A stretch of 64,000 nt of DNA from Microbacterium sp. Lineage in GTDB: Bacteria; Actinomycetota; Actinomycetes; Actinomycetales; Microbacteriaceae. Under the pieces are notes generated by a model. It was given only the letters and a program-made list of their open reading frames with translations, did no database searches and was not told the DNA's origin. Shown piece after piece: positions 1 through 9,026 of the stretch. Each line of letters begins with the position of its first letter. The stretch's first letter is position 1. Position numbers and translations under genes: made by a program. Location of the stretch: positions 2,893 to 66,892 of the forward strand of contig JAVBUN010000096.1 in assembly GCA_031555335.1 (NCBI GenBank). Reading direction: 5' to 3'.

Positions 1-972
1 GCCGCCCGCGACGAACGGGATCATGTAGCTGACGCCGGTGAGGAGGATCCGCTGGATCCGCGTGGGCCAGGACCCGGCCTGCGCCGGCGCCGCCGGCGCC
101 GAGGCGGCGGATGCGGCGTCCACGCGCGCGGACCGCGGATCCCGCGCCGCCGCGATCGCCTCGGCGATGAGCGCGCCGGGTGCCTCGATGCCGCGCTTGA
201 CGCCGGACCGTACGACGGGCTTGCCCGCGAACCGCTGCGGTTCGCGGACATCCACGTCGACGGCGAAGATGACCGCATCCGCTCGGTCGATGACCTCCTG
301 CGGCAGCGCCCGGTAGCCGCTGGAGCCCTGCGGCTCCACGACGAGGTCGACGCCGCGCTCCGTGCCGGCGGCGGTGAGGGCGTCGGCGGCCATGAACGTG
401 TGTGCGATGCCGGTGGCGCAGGCGGTCACCGCGACGATGCGCGCGGGCCGGTCGTCGATGCGCTCACCGGTGTCCGTCGCCGCCGCCGCCGCGACGGGCG
501 CGGGCGCCGGTTCCGCCGAACCCTCGCCGATCGCCGCGCGCACCACCCGCACCACGTCGTCGGGCCCCGCGGCGGCACGCAGCGCCGCGGTGAAGTCGTC
601 CTGCATCAGATGCCGCGCGAGCCGCGAGAGCACCGCCAGATGCTCCTCCGCCGCATCCGCGGGCGCCGCGATGAGGAAGACGAGGTCGGCGGGCCCGTCG
701 CCGGCTCCGAAATCCACCCCGGGCGCGAGCCGGGCGAACGCCAACGAGGCCGTCGTCACCGCCGGGCTCTTGGCATGCGGGATGGCGATACCGCCGGGCA
801 GGCCGGTCTCGTCCTGCTGCTCCCGCGCCCAGGCGTCGGCGAACAGCGCCTCCGCGTCGGTCGCCCGGCCCGCCGCGACCACACGGGCCGCCAGGGATCT
901 GATGACGGCCGCCTTGTCGGCGCCGAGATCCTCGTCGAGACTGACGAGGTCTGAAGTGATGGTGTCGGACAC
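1..972 (-). CDS. fruA: PTS fructose transporter IIABC (5' part; runs off window start)
   Basis: Manual minus-strand translation from GTG at 972 (GGAGG RBS): IIA motif 'ETGLPGGIAIPHAK', IIB motif 'VAVTACATGIAHTFMAA', start of IIC 'LLTGVSYMIPFVAGG'; downstream of fruK and a DeoR gene. Confidence 0.93.
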   Translation of the reverse strand, partial: MSDTITSDLVSLDEDLGADKAAVIRSLAARVVAAGRATDAEALFADAWAREQQDETGLPGGIAIPHAKSPAVTTASLAFARLAPGVDFGAGDGPADLVFLIAAPADAAEEHLAVLSRLARHLMQDDFTAALRAAAGPDDVVRVVRAAIGEGSAEPAPAPVAAAAATDTGERIDDRPARIVAVTACATGIAHTFMAADALTAAGTERGVDLVVEPQGSSGYRALPQEVIDRADAVIFAVDVDVREPQRFAGKPVVRSGVKRGIEAPGALIAEAIAAARDPRSARVDAASAASAPAAPAQAGSWPTRIQRILLTGVSYMIPFVAGG

Positions 973-996
973 GATGACCTCCATTGGTCGGTCGGC

Positions 997-1941
997 TCAG
1001 CGGCGTATCCGCCGGACGGTGATGTCTTCGGTGGGCAGATCGCTCGGCAGCGGGGCTTGCGTGCCGGGCAGGGTGGCGGCGGCCGCGCCGTAGCGGACGG
1101 CCTGCCGGAGGGAATCGGGGGCGGATGCGGCAGCGGACTCGGCGAGCAGATAACCGGCGAGGGAGCTGTCGCCGGCCCCCACGGTGCTGACGGGGAAGAT
1201 GCGCGGGGCGACGGCGAACCACGACTCCTCCGCCGTGACGAGCACGGCACCGGCAGCGCCCAGGGTCACGAGCGCGGCGCGCACCCGGTGCGGCACGAGC
1301 GTCCGCGCCACGCGTTCGACCGACTCGGGGTCCGTGGACTCGGCGGGAACGGCTGCCAGCTCCGCGAGCTCCTCGTCGTTCGGCTTGATGAGGTCGGCGA
1401 GTCCCTGCTCGACCACCGCCTGGAGGGCGGCGCCCGAGGTGTCGACGGCGATCCGGGGCGCCGCATCCGCCCACCGCTCGCGCACGGCCCGGATGACGCG
1501 CACGTACAGGTCCGTTCCGGCGCCCGGCGGCACCGACCCGGCGAGCACCAGCCACCGCGCACCGTCGGAGGCCGAGACGACCTCGTCGATCAGCGCGCGC
1601 GTCTCGGCGTCGCCCAGAGCGCTGCCTGCCAGATTCACCTTCGTCGTCGTGCCGTCGGGGTCGAGGATCGTGAGGTTCGATCGTGCCTGCCCGGCGATGG
1701 GGACGACCCGGGTGGCGATGCCGGTCGCCTCCAGAGGGCCGGCGAAGGGGTCGTCCGCGGCGAGCGGGAGCACGGCGAGGGTCTCCGCGTCGGCCCCGGC
1801 GACGACACGGGACACGTTGATGCCCTTGCCTCCGGCATCCTCGCGCGCGGCGGTGCCCGGCTGCACCTCGCCGTGCCGGAGCGGTGCGGCCAGGGTGACG
1901 GCACGATCGAGCGACGGGTTGGCGGTGACCGTGACGATCAT
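997..1941 (-). CDS. fruK: 1-phosphofructokinase (PfkB family)
   Basis: 'MIVTVTANPSLD', 'GGKGINVS', 'IKPNDEEL', 'STVGAGDS' motifs; fru operon context. Confidence 0.93.
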   Translation of the reverse strand: MIVTVTANPSLDRAVTLAAPLRHGEVQPGTAAREDAGGKGINVSRVVAGADAETLAVLPLAADDPFAGPLEATGIATRVVPIAGQARSNLTILDPDGTTTKVNLAGSALGDAETRALIDEVVSASDGARWLVLAGSVPPGAGTDLYVRVIRAVRERWADAAPRIAVDTSGAALQAVVEQGLADLIKPNDEELAELAAVPAESTDPESVERVARTLVPHRVRAALVTLGAAGAVLVTAEESWFAVAPRIFPVSTVGAGDSSLAGYLLAESAAASAPDSLRQAVRYGAAAATLPGTQAPLPSDLPTEDITVRRIRR

Positions 1942-2723
1942 GCGACGAGCACCTCCACCTCGGCGTCCGCGAGCGCGGACGCGAGCGGGGCGTCCGGCGC
2001 CGCATCCGTCACCAGCACGTCGATCTGCGCCAGCGTCGCGAACCCCACGAGCAGCTCGCGCTCGAACTTGGATGCGTCGCAGACGACGACGACCCGTCGG
2101 GCGGCCGCGACGATGGCCGCCTTGACGGCCGCCTCCTCGGGGTCGGGGGTGCTGAGACCGAAGCCCGCGGAGAGGCCGTTGGTGCCCACGAAGGCGACGT
2201 CCGGCCGCATCCCGGCGATCGACGCGACCGTCGCCGCGCCGACCGCCGCCGCGGTCACGCCGCGGATCCGGCCGCCGACGATCGACAGATCCACACCGGG
2301 AGCATCGGCGAGAACCGGGGCGAAGGTGAGCGAGTGCGTGACGATGCGCGCGCCGCCGGACGTGGCGCGCAGGTGCTCGGGCAGCGCGTCGGCGATGGCC
2401 GCCGTCGTCGACCCCGCATCGAGGAAGACCGAACCCGAGAACGCGTCGCCGAGGATCGCCACCGCGCGGGCCGCGATGGCGCGCTTCGCCGCGCTGTGCT
2501 CGCGGACGCGCTCCCCGATCGCGGTCTCACGGATGCTGGAGCGCGTGCCCGCGACGGCGCCGCCGTGCACGCGGGTCAGGATGCCGCGGCGTTCGAGTTC
2601 GGCGAGGTCCCGCCGAACGGTCTCGGTCGTGACGTCGAAGCGCCGTGCCAGATCGACGACGGCGAGGCGTCCTTCGGTCTGGACGATCCGCTCGATCGCG
2701 TCGTGTCGCTCCGTTGCGTACAT
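1938..2723 (-). CDS. fruR: DeoR/GlpR-family regulator of the fructose operon
   Basis: HTH 'FDVTTETVRRDL', 'RVHGGA', 'FLDAGSTT', 'DASKF'; overlaps fruK start. Confidence 0.9.
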   Translation of the reverse strand: MYATERHDAIERIVQTEGRLAVVDLARRFDVTTETVRRDLAELERRGILTRVHGGAVAGTRSSIRETAIGERVREHSAAKRAIAARAVAILGDAFSGSVFLDAGSTTAAIADALPEHLRATSGGARIVTHSLTFAPVLADAPGVDLSIVGGRIRGVTAAAVGAATVASIAGMRPDVAFVGTNGLSAGFGLSTPDPEEAAVKAAIVAAARRVVVVCDASKFERELLVGFATLAQIDVLVTDAAPDAPLASALADAEVEVLVA

Positions 2724-2785
2724 CGGTTCTCCCCTTCGATTTCCACACAGTACAACACAAACACAGATTCGTGAAGACGTCGACG

Positions 2786-2825
2786 CACACAGAAGCCCCG
2801 GTCCGCAGACCGGGGCTTCTGTGTG
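2786..2825. terminator. Intrinsic terminator-like hairpin
   Basis: Perfect 18-bp inverted repeat cacacagaagccccggtc-cgca-gaccggggcttctgtgtg just downstream of the 2844-3617 gene. Confidence 0.8.
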
Positions 2826-2843
2826 TGCGCGGGTGTCGGGCGC

Positions 2844-3617
2844 TCAGGCCTCGCTCATGGCCAGCACCTCGGCCTGGCCCTTCGCGGCGTAGTACGCGGC
2901 GCGAGCCGCGTCCTTGCGCGCCTGCTCGGCATAGCCCGCCTCGAGCACGTCCTGCTCCACCGGGAAGTTCTCCACGTGGTTCACGCCGTTGTACTTCTCG
3001 ATGTAGGCGTCGAGCTCGGGGCCGCTCGTCCACGACGTGATGAGGCAGTAGCGCGGGTCGGTGCCGTTGTGGGTCGCCGCGTGCCACAGCCGCTGGGTGT
3101 CGATGATGAGCTGCGCGCCCGCGGGCAGCGCGATCCGCACCTCGCCGGCGGGGTCGGTGCGGTTCTCGCGCAGCACGAAGTAGCTGTCGGTGTCATCCGT
3201 GAGGTTGAAGAACCCGCGCACGACCCAGCCGGTGCCGTCGGGGTTGAGACGGTTGTTGTCGTCCTGGTGCAGGTTGTAGAGGCACTCGCCGTACGGAGTC
3301 GGCTGCAGCTCGATCACGCGGCAGCGGCCGACGTTCGCACCCGGCTCCTGCGCGCGACGCGTGAGGTTCGGGGCCTTCTCGACCTGGGAATCGATCCAGA
3401 CGCCGTCCTTGTCGGTGCGCGGCGGCTTGTGGTTCCAGAAGCCGTTGCACTCGATCTCACCCTTGGCGCTCGCGAGCGGCGCGAAGCGGGTGTCACCCGA
3501 CGACTTCCAGTCGTTGTACTCGATGTCGAGCCATTCCTTGGGGTCGAGCTCCTGGTTGTACCGGTCGAGCACGACGTAGCCGGTCTCTTCGAGAGCGGCG
3601 GACTTGATGTAACCCAT
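2844..3617 (-). CDS. Hypothetical protein, possible cupin/2OG-Fe(II)-like fold
   Basis: 257 aa, strong codon bias, AAGG RBS; 'LHQDDN' and 'LWHAATH' resemble an HxD...H facial triad. Confidence 0.75.
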   Translation of the reverse strand: MGYIKSAALEETGYVVLDRYNQELDPKEWLDIEYNDWKSSGDTRFAPLASAKGEIECNGFWNHKPPRTDKDGVWIDSQVEKAPNLTRRAQEPGANVGRCRVIELQPTPYGECLYNLHQDDNNRLNPDGTGWVVRGFFNLTDDTDSYFVLRENRTDPAGEVRIALPAGAQLIIDTQRLWHAATHNGTDPRYCLITSWTSGPELDAYIEKYNGVNHVENFPVEQDVLEAGYAEQARKDAARAAYYAAKGQAEVLAMSEA

Positions 3618-3667
3618 GACGGATCATGCCTTTCTTAGGGGGCGAGCGAAGTTTTTACACGCCCTGG

Positions 3668-3686
3668 TAAGGGCAGCCTACCTGCG
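3668..3686. promoter_or_regulatory. Putative IdeR/DtxR (iron) box
   Basis: taagggcagcctacctgcg resembles the TWAGGTWAGSCTWACCTWA consensus, ~50 bp upstream of the 3617 start. Confidence 0.4.
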
Positions 3687-3797
3687 GGCCCTGAGAGGCC
3701 ACGGGAGACGCGGCGAGCGCGCCGCATCCGCATACAGTAGGTGGGTCGGCGCGCGCGCCGCCGGGATCCATTCGCTGCGCACAACGAGATCGGAACC

Positions 3798-5810
3798 ATG
3801 GTCACTGCCACCAACGTCGATGCGACCGCCGTCAACACGATCGCCTGGTTGTCGGCCCCCGATACCCGCATCGTCGTACCGGTATACCAGCGGCAGTACC
3901 GCTGGGACATCGGAGGCTGCGAGCAGCTGCTCGCCGACATCCGCGCCGTCGCCGACCTGGGCGACGGGCACACCCATTTCCTGGCGTCGATCCTGTCCTC
4001 GCGCGGCAGCGACGCGGATGCGGGCGAGCTCGTGCTCATCGACGGACAGCAGCGGATCACGACCCTCATGCTGCTGGTCGCGGCCCTGCAGCACACCGTC
4101 CGCGAGAGCGATCCGACACTGGCCGCCCGCCTGCAGCAGGTGCTCGTGCGCGCCGACGATCCACACCGCACGCGTCTGCGGCCCCATTCGGCGTGGGCCG
4201 GCGTCTTCGAGAGCGTCGTGCTCGACCGTCGCGGGCCGGTCGACGAGGAGCGCGCCTCACGGTTCGACGACAACTACGCGTTCTTCCGCAGTCAGATCCG
4301 CGCCGACGAGGCGCCACGCATCTGGCGCGGGCTGCAGCGGCTGGAACACGTGGCGATCGCGCTCGGCACCGACGCGAACGCGCAGCAGATCTTCGAGAGC
4401 CTGAACTCGACGGGCGAGCCGCTGCGCGACCACGAGCTGATCCACAACTACATGCTGATGGGCCTCACCCATGCCGAGCAGACGGCCATCGAAGAGACGT
4501 TCTGGATGCCGATCGAGCAGAACACCGGCGAGACGATCGCCGATTTCTGGCGGCACTACCTCGTCATGAAGACCGGGCGCGAGCTCGCGGGTTCGGCGGG
4601 TCGGAGCGTCTACGAGGCGTTCCGTCACGAGTTCCCCGTGCTCGACCTCGCGTCCCTCCACGTCCACGCCGCCGAGTGGAAGGAGTATTCGGAGATCTAC
4701 CGCATCCTGCTCGACCCGGCGCACGCGCCCGACGAGGAGATCGCGCGGCAGCTGGGCTACGTCAACACGTTCGGACGCGGGATGTATCCACTCGTCCTGC
4801 GCGCCTACGCCGATTGGGCAAGCGGCCTGAGCGATCGCTCCGCCCTCGTCGACATGCTCGAGGCGATCCAATCGCTGCTGCTCCGGCGCCTCGTCTGCGG
4901 ACTCACCAACGACCGGCTGGTCGCCCGGCTCTGTCGCGCGAGCACCGACGGCCCGGCGTCGCTCGCGCGGGCGTTCGGCCGCATCACGCCCTCGGACGAG
5001 CGTGTCCGCGCCGCCATCAAGTACACCGAGCTGCCGCATCCGGCCTACGTGCTCGGCCGCATCGCCGGTGTGGACTCCCTCGCCGACCTCGGCCTCGAGT
5101 ACGTGTTCCCGCCGGCGCCGGCCGACACCTGGAGCGGCGACGGCGAGCGCGTCTTCGCGGAGTACACCGACGATGAGCAGAACAGCCACCGCGCGCTCGC
5201 CCGCACGCTCGGCAACCTCGCGCTCCTCGAGGATCCGCTCGCCGAGCGCGCCCTCGACCGGTCGTTCCCCGACAAGCGTGCGCTCTACGCCCGGAGCGCC
5301 GTCGCGGCGACAGCGGCTCTCGCCGACCTGCCGGCGTGGGGCACGGCGGCGATCTCGGCGCGCACCGCGGAGCTGACCGACGCCGTCGTGCGCATCTGGG
5401 GTCGCACGAGCGACGTGGTGATCGACGACGACGGGCTGATGCCGATCCTGGATGCGGTGCGCCGCCGCGGGTTCCCGCCCGGCTGGCAGCGGGAATGGGC
5501 CTACGTGCAGTACCGGAAGGAGCGGTGGGAGGTCTACGACATCAAGCACCTCTTCAATCGCGTCTTCACGCGACTCTGGGCGGACTCCCGGGAGGACGTC
5601 ATCGCGTTCAGCGCACGCCGCGGCGGACCCGTCTACGACGCCACGGCCTGGCACGGGCAGTGGGACACGCTCGGCGACGGCGCCTACCTCTACATGGGCT
5701 GGGATTCGCGATACATGCTCGGGGCCGTGCAGGGGGTGCTCGAGGAGGCCGGCATCGCCGCCGAGGTGTTCGTCATGTACTCCTACATCGGCAACGCGAT
5801 GCGGGTGTGA
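3798..5810 (+). CDS. GmrSD-like DUF262 + DUF1524 protein (HNH site degenerate) with extra C-terminal domain
   Basis: 'VPVYQRQYRW', 'IDGQQR', 'IFESLN' (DUF262); 'LEYVFP...LGNLALL...F.DKRALY' (DUF1524-like). Confidence 0.85.
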   Translation: MVTATNVDATAVNTIAWLSAPDTRIVVPVYQRQYRWDIGGCEQLLADIRAVADLGDGHTHFLASILSSRGSDADAGELVLIDGQQRITTLMLLVAALQHTVRESDPTLAARLQQVLVRADDPHRTRLRPHSAWAGVFESVVLDRRGPVDEERASRFDDNYAFFRSQIRADEAPRIWRGLQRLEHVAIALGTDANAQQIFESLNSTGEPLRDHELIHNYMLMGLTHAEQTAIEETFWMPIEQNTGETIADFWRHYLVMKTGRELAGSAGRSVYEAFRHEFPVLDLASLHVHAAEWKEYSEIYRILLDPAHAPDEEIARQLGYVNTFGRGMYPLVLRAYADWASGLSDRSALVDMLEAIQSLLLRRLVCGLTNDRLVARLCRASTDGPASLARAFGRITPSDERVRAAIKYTELPHPAYVLGRIAGVDSLADLGLEYVFPPAPADTWSGDGERVFAEYTDDEQNSHRALARTLGNLALLEDPLAERALDRSFPDKRALYARSAVAATAALADLPAWGTAAISARTAELTDAVVRIWGRTSDVVIDDDGLMPILDAVRRRGFPPGWQREWAYVQYRKERWEVYDIKHLFNRVFTRLWADSREDVIAFSARRGGPVYDATAWHGQWDTLGDGAYLYMGWDSRYMLGAVQGVLEEAGIAAEVFVMYSYIGNAMRV

Positions 5811-5812
5811 CC

Positions 5813-5877
5813 CTCAGCGCCGACCGCGTCGCGGCGTCCACCCGGGCGGGCGGGGATCCTCCCCCACGGTGCGCCCC
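5813..5877 (-). pseudogene. 3'-end remnant of the FGE-family gene (direct repeat of 7374-7438)
   Basis: ~88% identity by eye; encodes GRTVGEDPRPPGWTPRRGRR* vs ERAAGEGPRPSGWTPRRGPR*. Confidence 0.85.
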
Positions 5878-5892
5878 GCCCGAGGTGCGGAA

Positions 5893-6642
5893 TCAGACCT
5901 GAACGATGCCGCCGTCGACGTAGATGTTCGACCCGGTCATGAACGCGCTCTCGTCCGACGCGAGGAACGCGATCGCCGCGGCGACATCGTCCGGGTGGCC
6001 GACCCGGCCGACGGGGATCTTCGCGGCCCAGTCGGCAGTGAATGCGTCGATCTGGTCCGGGCCGACGAGCTCGGCGACGCCCGAGGTGGCGATAGGGCCG
6101 GGTGAGACCGCGTTGACGCGGATCCCCCTCGTCGACAGCTCGTTCGCCCAGGTGCGGACGAAACTGCGCACGGCGGCTTTCGATGCGGCATAGGCACCCA
6201 TTCCGACGTCGCCGCGATCGATCGACCCGGTCAGCGTCGCGATGACGGAGGCGCCCGCGTTCAGGTGCGGGAGCGCTTTCTGCACCGTGAAGAAAGTGCC
6301 CTTGGTGTTGATGGCGAACATCCGGTCGAAATGGTCCTCGGTGCTGTCCTCCAGTGTCACGAACCCGCCGATGGCGGCGTTCGCGACCAGGATGTCGATG
6401 CCACGTCCTCGGTCGGCGACGGCGGCGTAGAGGCGGTCGAGATCGCTCGGATCCGTGATGTCTCCCGGTACCGCCGTCACCCCGGAGCCGATTTCGGCCA
6501 CCGCATCGTCGAGTTCGTGCGCCCGACGTCCGGTGATGAACACGTGAGCGCCTTCGGCCACCATCCGCGCGGCGGCGGCGCGGCCGATCCCCCTCGTCCC
6601 GCCTCCGGTCACGACTGCTGTCTTACCCGTGAGCCTGTCCAT
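5893..6642 (-). CDS. SDR family oxidoreductase
   Basis: 'TGGGTRGIG', 'YAASK', 'VNAVSPG', 'VDGG'; ATG at 6642 with GGAGG RBS. Confidence 0.92.
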   Translation of the reverse strand: MDRLTGKTAVVTGGGTRGIGRAAAARMVAEGAHVFITGRRAHELDDAVAEIGSGVTAVPGDITDPSDLDRLYAAVADRGRGIDILVANAAIGGFVTLEDSTEDHFDRMFAINTKGTFFTVQKALPHLNAGASVIATLTGSIDRGDVGMGAYAASKAAVRSFVRTWANELSTRGIRVNAVSPGPIATSGVAELVGPDQIDAFTADWAAKIPVGRVGHPDDVAAAIAFLASDESAFMTGSNIYVDGGIVQV

Positions 6643-6662
6643 GATGTTCCTCCCACTCCAAT

Positions 6663-6714
6663 TACGCACCGTTCGGTGCATAAAACAGGCTAGCAGATAC
6701 GCACCGATCGGTGC
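6663..6714. promoter_or_regulatory. Two TetR operator palindromes (GCACCGnnCGGTGC)
   Basis: gcaccgttcggtgc at 6666-6679 and gcaccgatcggtgc at 6701-6714, between divergent SDR and TetR genes. Confidence 0.75.
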
Positions 6715-6735
6715 CGAAGTGATAGTCTCGACGGT

Positions 6736-7344
6736 GTGGACAACCAGGAGACCGTGAGACGTGGGCGCCCCCGGGAGTTCGACGCGGACGTGGCTCTCGA
6801 CGACGCGATGACCGTGTTCTGGGAGCATGGCTACGAGGGGGCGAGCCTGACCCTGCTCACCGACGCGATGGGCATCTCGCGCAAGAGCATGTACGCCGCC
6901 TTCGGCAACAAGGAGGACCTCTTCCTCAAGGTGCTGCAGCAGTACGAGCGGGGCCCCGGAGCATATGTGCGCGACGCCGTCGGAGCCCCCACCGCGCGGG
7001 AAGTGGCAGAGTCGTACCTCGCGGGTGCGGTCCGGGCGGGTACCCAGCCGGGACGGCCCGCGGGGTGTCTCGGGGTGAAGGCGGCGCTTGCCGTCGGCGC
7101 GGCCGGCCAGGGTGTGCAGGACATCATGACGGCGTGGCGTGCGGGGCGACAGGCCGACCTGCGCGGCCGGTTCCAGCAGGCGATCGCCGAAGGCGATCTG
7201 CCCGCCGATGCGGATGCCGAACTGATCGCCCGCTACCTGACCACCGTGGGAGACGGCCTCTCGGTCCAGGCGACCGGCGGCGCGACACGCACCGAACTGC
7301 AACGCGTGGCCGACGCGACGATGCGCCACTGGCCGCTGATCTGA
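6736..7344 (+). CDS. TetR/AcrR family regulator
   Basis: 'RGRPREFD', '[10 protein letters not shown]', '[13 protein letters not shown]', 'GCL'. Confidence 0.92.
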   Translation: MDNQETVRRGRPREFDADVALDDAMTVFWEHGYEGASLTLLTDAMGISRKSMYAAFGNKEDLFLKVLQQYERGPGAYVRDAVGAPTAREVAESYLAGAVRAGTQPGRPAGCLGVKAALAVGAAGQGVQDIMTAWRAGRQADLRGRFQQAIAEGDLPADADAELIARYLTTVGDGLSVQATGGATRTELQRVADATMRHWPLI

Positions 7345-7374
7345 CGGGCCATCTCCTCACCCGCTCGGGTCGGC

Positions 7375-8127
7375 TCAGCGCGGACCGCGTCGCGGCGTCC
7401 ATCCGGACGGGCGGGGGCCCTCCCCCGCGGCGCGCTCCCGGTCGGCGGCGGCCGACCAGCCCTGTGCCGCATCCGGGGCATCGAACGCCCCGCGCGCAAC
7501 GCGGAATCCGATGTCGTCGGACGTCGTGCCGGGAGGGCCCCCGCGTCGCACCGACGCCCGCACGCTCCACGCGTCATCGGCGAACCCGCCACCCCGGAAC
7601 ACCCGGTAGTCGTCGTAGCGGGCGGGATCGAGGAAGTCCCAGCACCACTCCCACACGTTGCCGAGGGTGTCGAACAGGCCGTTGAGGTTCGGCAGCTTGC
7701 CGCCGACGTTCTGCGGCGATGAGACGCCGTCGAGCGCCGACCAGGCCACGTCCGGGAGCGGCCCGTAGTGCGGCCCGGTGGACCCGGCGCGGCAGGCGAA
7801 CTCCCACTCCGCCTCCGTGGGGAGCCGGAAGCCGTCGGCATCCGTATGCCAGGTGACGTCGGCCCCGTCGAACGTGTATGCCGGGTCGAGTCCCTCCCAC
7901 TCCGACAGGGCGTTGCAGAACCGCACCGCGCGCAGCCAGCCGACCTCGGTCACCGGCCGCCGGGGATGACGCCCGACGATGCCGAGCAGCTCCGCGAAGA
8001 CGTCCTCGGTGACGGGGTACACCGCGAGCTCGAACGGTTCGAGCGCCACCTGGCGTCGCGTCTTCGTGCGCGCGTCGTGCAGCGTGACCGTGCCGGGCGC
8101 GATCCGCGCCATCTCGATTTCCGTCAC
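7375..8127 (-). CDS. Formylglycine-generating enzyme (SUMF1/FGE-sulfatase) family protein
   Basis: 'FRLPTEAEWEFACR', 'NGLFDTLGNVWEWC', 'RVFRGGG', 'IGFR'. Confidence 0.9.
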   Translation of the reverse strand: MTEIEMARIAPGTVTLHDARTKTRRQVALEPFELAVYPVTEDVFAELLGIVGRHPRRPVTEVGWLRAVRFCNALSEWEGLDPAYTFDGADVTWHTDADGFRLPTEAEWEFACRAGSTGPHYGPLPDVAWSALDGVSSPQNVGGKLPNLNGLFDTLGNVWEWCWDFLDPARYDDYRVFRGGGFADDAWSVRASVRRGGPPGTTSDDIGFRVARGAFDAPDAAQGWSAAADRERAAGEGPRPSGWTPRRGPR

Positions 8128-8143
8128 CTCGGCACTCTACCCA
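7947..8143. repeat. 197-bp direct repeat, copy 1 (copy 2 at 63487-63683)
   Basis: Ungapped alignment at offset 55540; ~21 mismatches by eye (~89%); last 45 bp identical. Confidence 0.92.
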
Positions 8144-8159
8144 CGCGGGCTGGCGTCGG

Positions 8160-8996
8160 TCAGCGGGCGTCGACCACGGCACGCCAGGGCGCCCACCCGG
8201 GGTCATGAGCGGGCCAGACCTCCCACCCCGGGCGACCGTCAAGGTCGGCGAGGCGCTCGATCGCGGCACGTGCACGCTCGGCACCGGCCTCACCGACCGT
8301 GGATCCGCAAGGGATGCGGCCGTCGATGTTCGCCCGCAGATCGGCCGCGTCGCCCGCCAGCACCACGGTCGAGCCGGGCAACTCGACCACGAAGGACTGG
8401 TGCCCCGGGGTGTGACCCGACGTGTCGATCGCGATCAGGCCCGCCGCGAGGACGGTGTCGCCGTCGAGCAGCACGGGTGTCACGCCGGGCCGCACCAGGT
8501 CGTCGCCGAAGAGGAAAGCCATCCTGGCATCTTCGATGGACTGTGTGTGCGCCCATTCGCGGGCCTGCAGCAAAAGCGGGCGACCGGGCGGCAGCATCCG
8601 CACGCCGCCCGTGTGATCGAAGTGCGAATGAGTGATCGCGCACGCGGCGAGCTCCTCCCACCTCAGCCCCGCCTCCGCGATCTGCTGACGGAGGGGGTCG
8701 GGACGCGGCACGATCGGTGCATAGTTCTCGTAGTCGAAGCTGCGCACCCGCGCGTCCCGATCGTGGATCCGTGCCGGGTCGAAACCCCCGTCGACGAGGA
8801 TCCACCCCTCCTCGAACACGATCGCCGCGCCCGTGACCGGCTCCATCAGGTGCCGGAATCCGCTTCCGCCCGCAACCGACACCGCTTCGGCCACGGCTTC
8901 GAATCCCAGCACGAGCGGCACGAGTCGCTGCGGCGTGCCGGTGACGGCAAGGGGGCCGCACTGTGCCCACGGAACAGGGGCGGGCGCGTCAGCCAC
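8160..8996 (-). CDS. N-acyl-homoserine lactonase-like metallo-beta-lactamase-fold hydrolase
   Basis: 'THSHFDHTGG' (HxHxDH), 'GHTPGHQS', 'AGDAA', 'WPAHD'. Confidence 0.82.
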   Translation of the reverse strand: MADAPAPVPWAQCGPLAVTGTPQRLVPLVLGFEAVAEAVSVAGGSGFRHLMEPVTGAAIVFEEGWILVDGGFDPARIHDRDARVRSFDYENYAPIVPRPDPLRQQIAEAGLRWEELAACAITHSHFDHTGGVRMLPPGRPLLLQAREWAHTQSIEDARMAFLFGDDLVRPGVTPVLLDGDTVLAAGLIAIDTSGHTPGHQSFVVELPGSTVVLAGDAADLRANIDGRIPCGSTVGEAGAERARAAIERLADLDGRPGWEVWPAHDPGWAPWRAVVDAR

Positions 8997-9026
8997 GCTC
9001 GGACCCCTCCGTGCTGCCTCCGACGA

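Noticed and set aside
3764-3772. Single GGATCCATT upstream of the DUF262 gene
   Set aside because: No partner core at 21 bp and outside the island; BamHI hexamers are common at this GC content
7375-8127. Ergothioneine biosynthesis (EgtB) call for the FGE gene, linked to the EgtE-like gene
   Set aside because: No DinB domain and no egtA/C/D; the two genes are 45 kb apart
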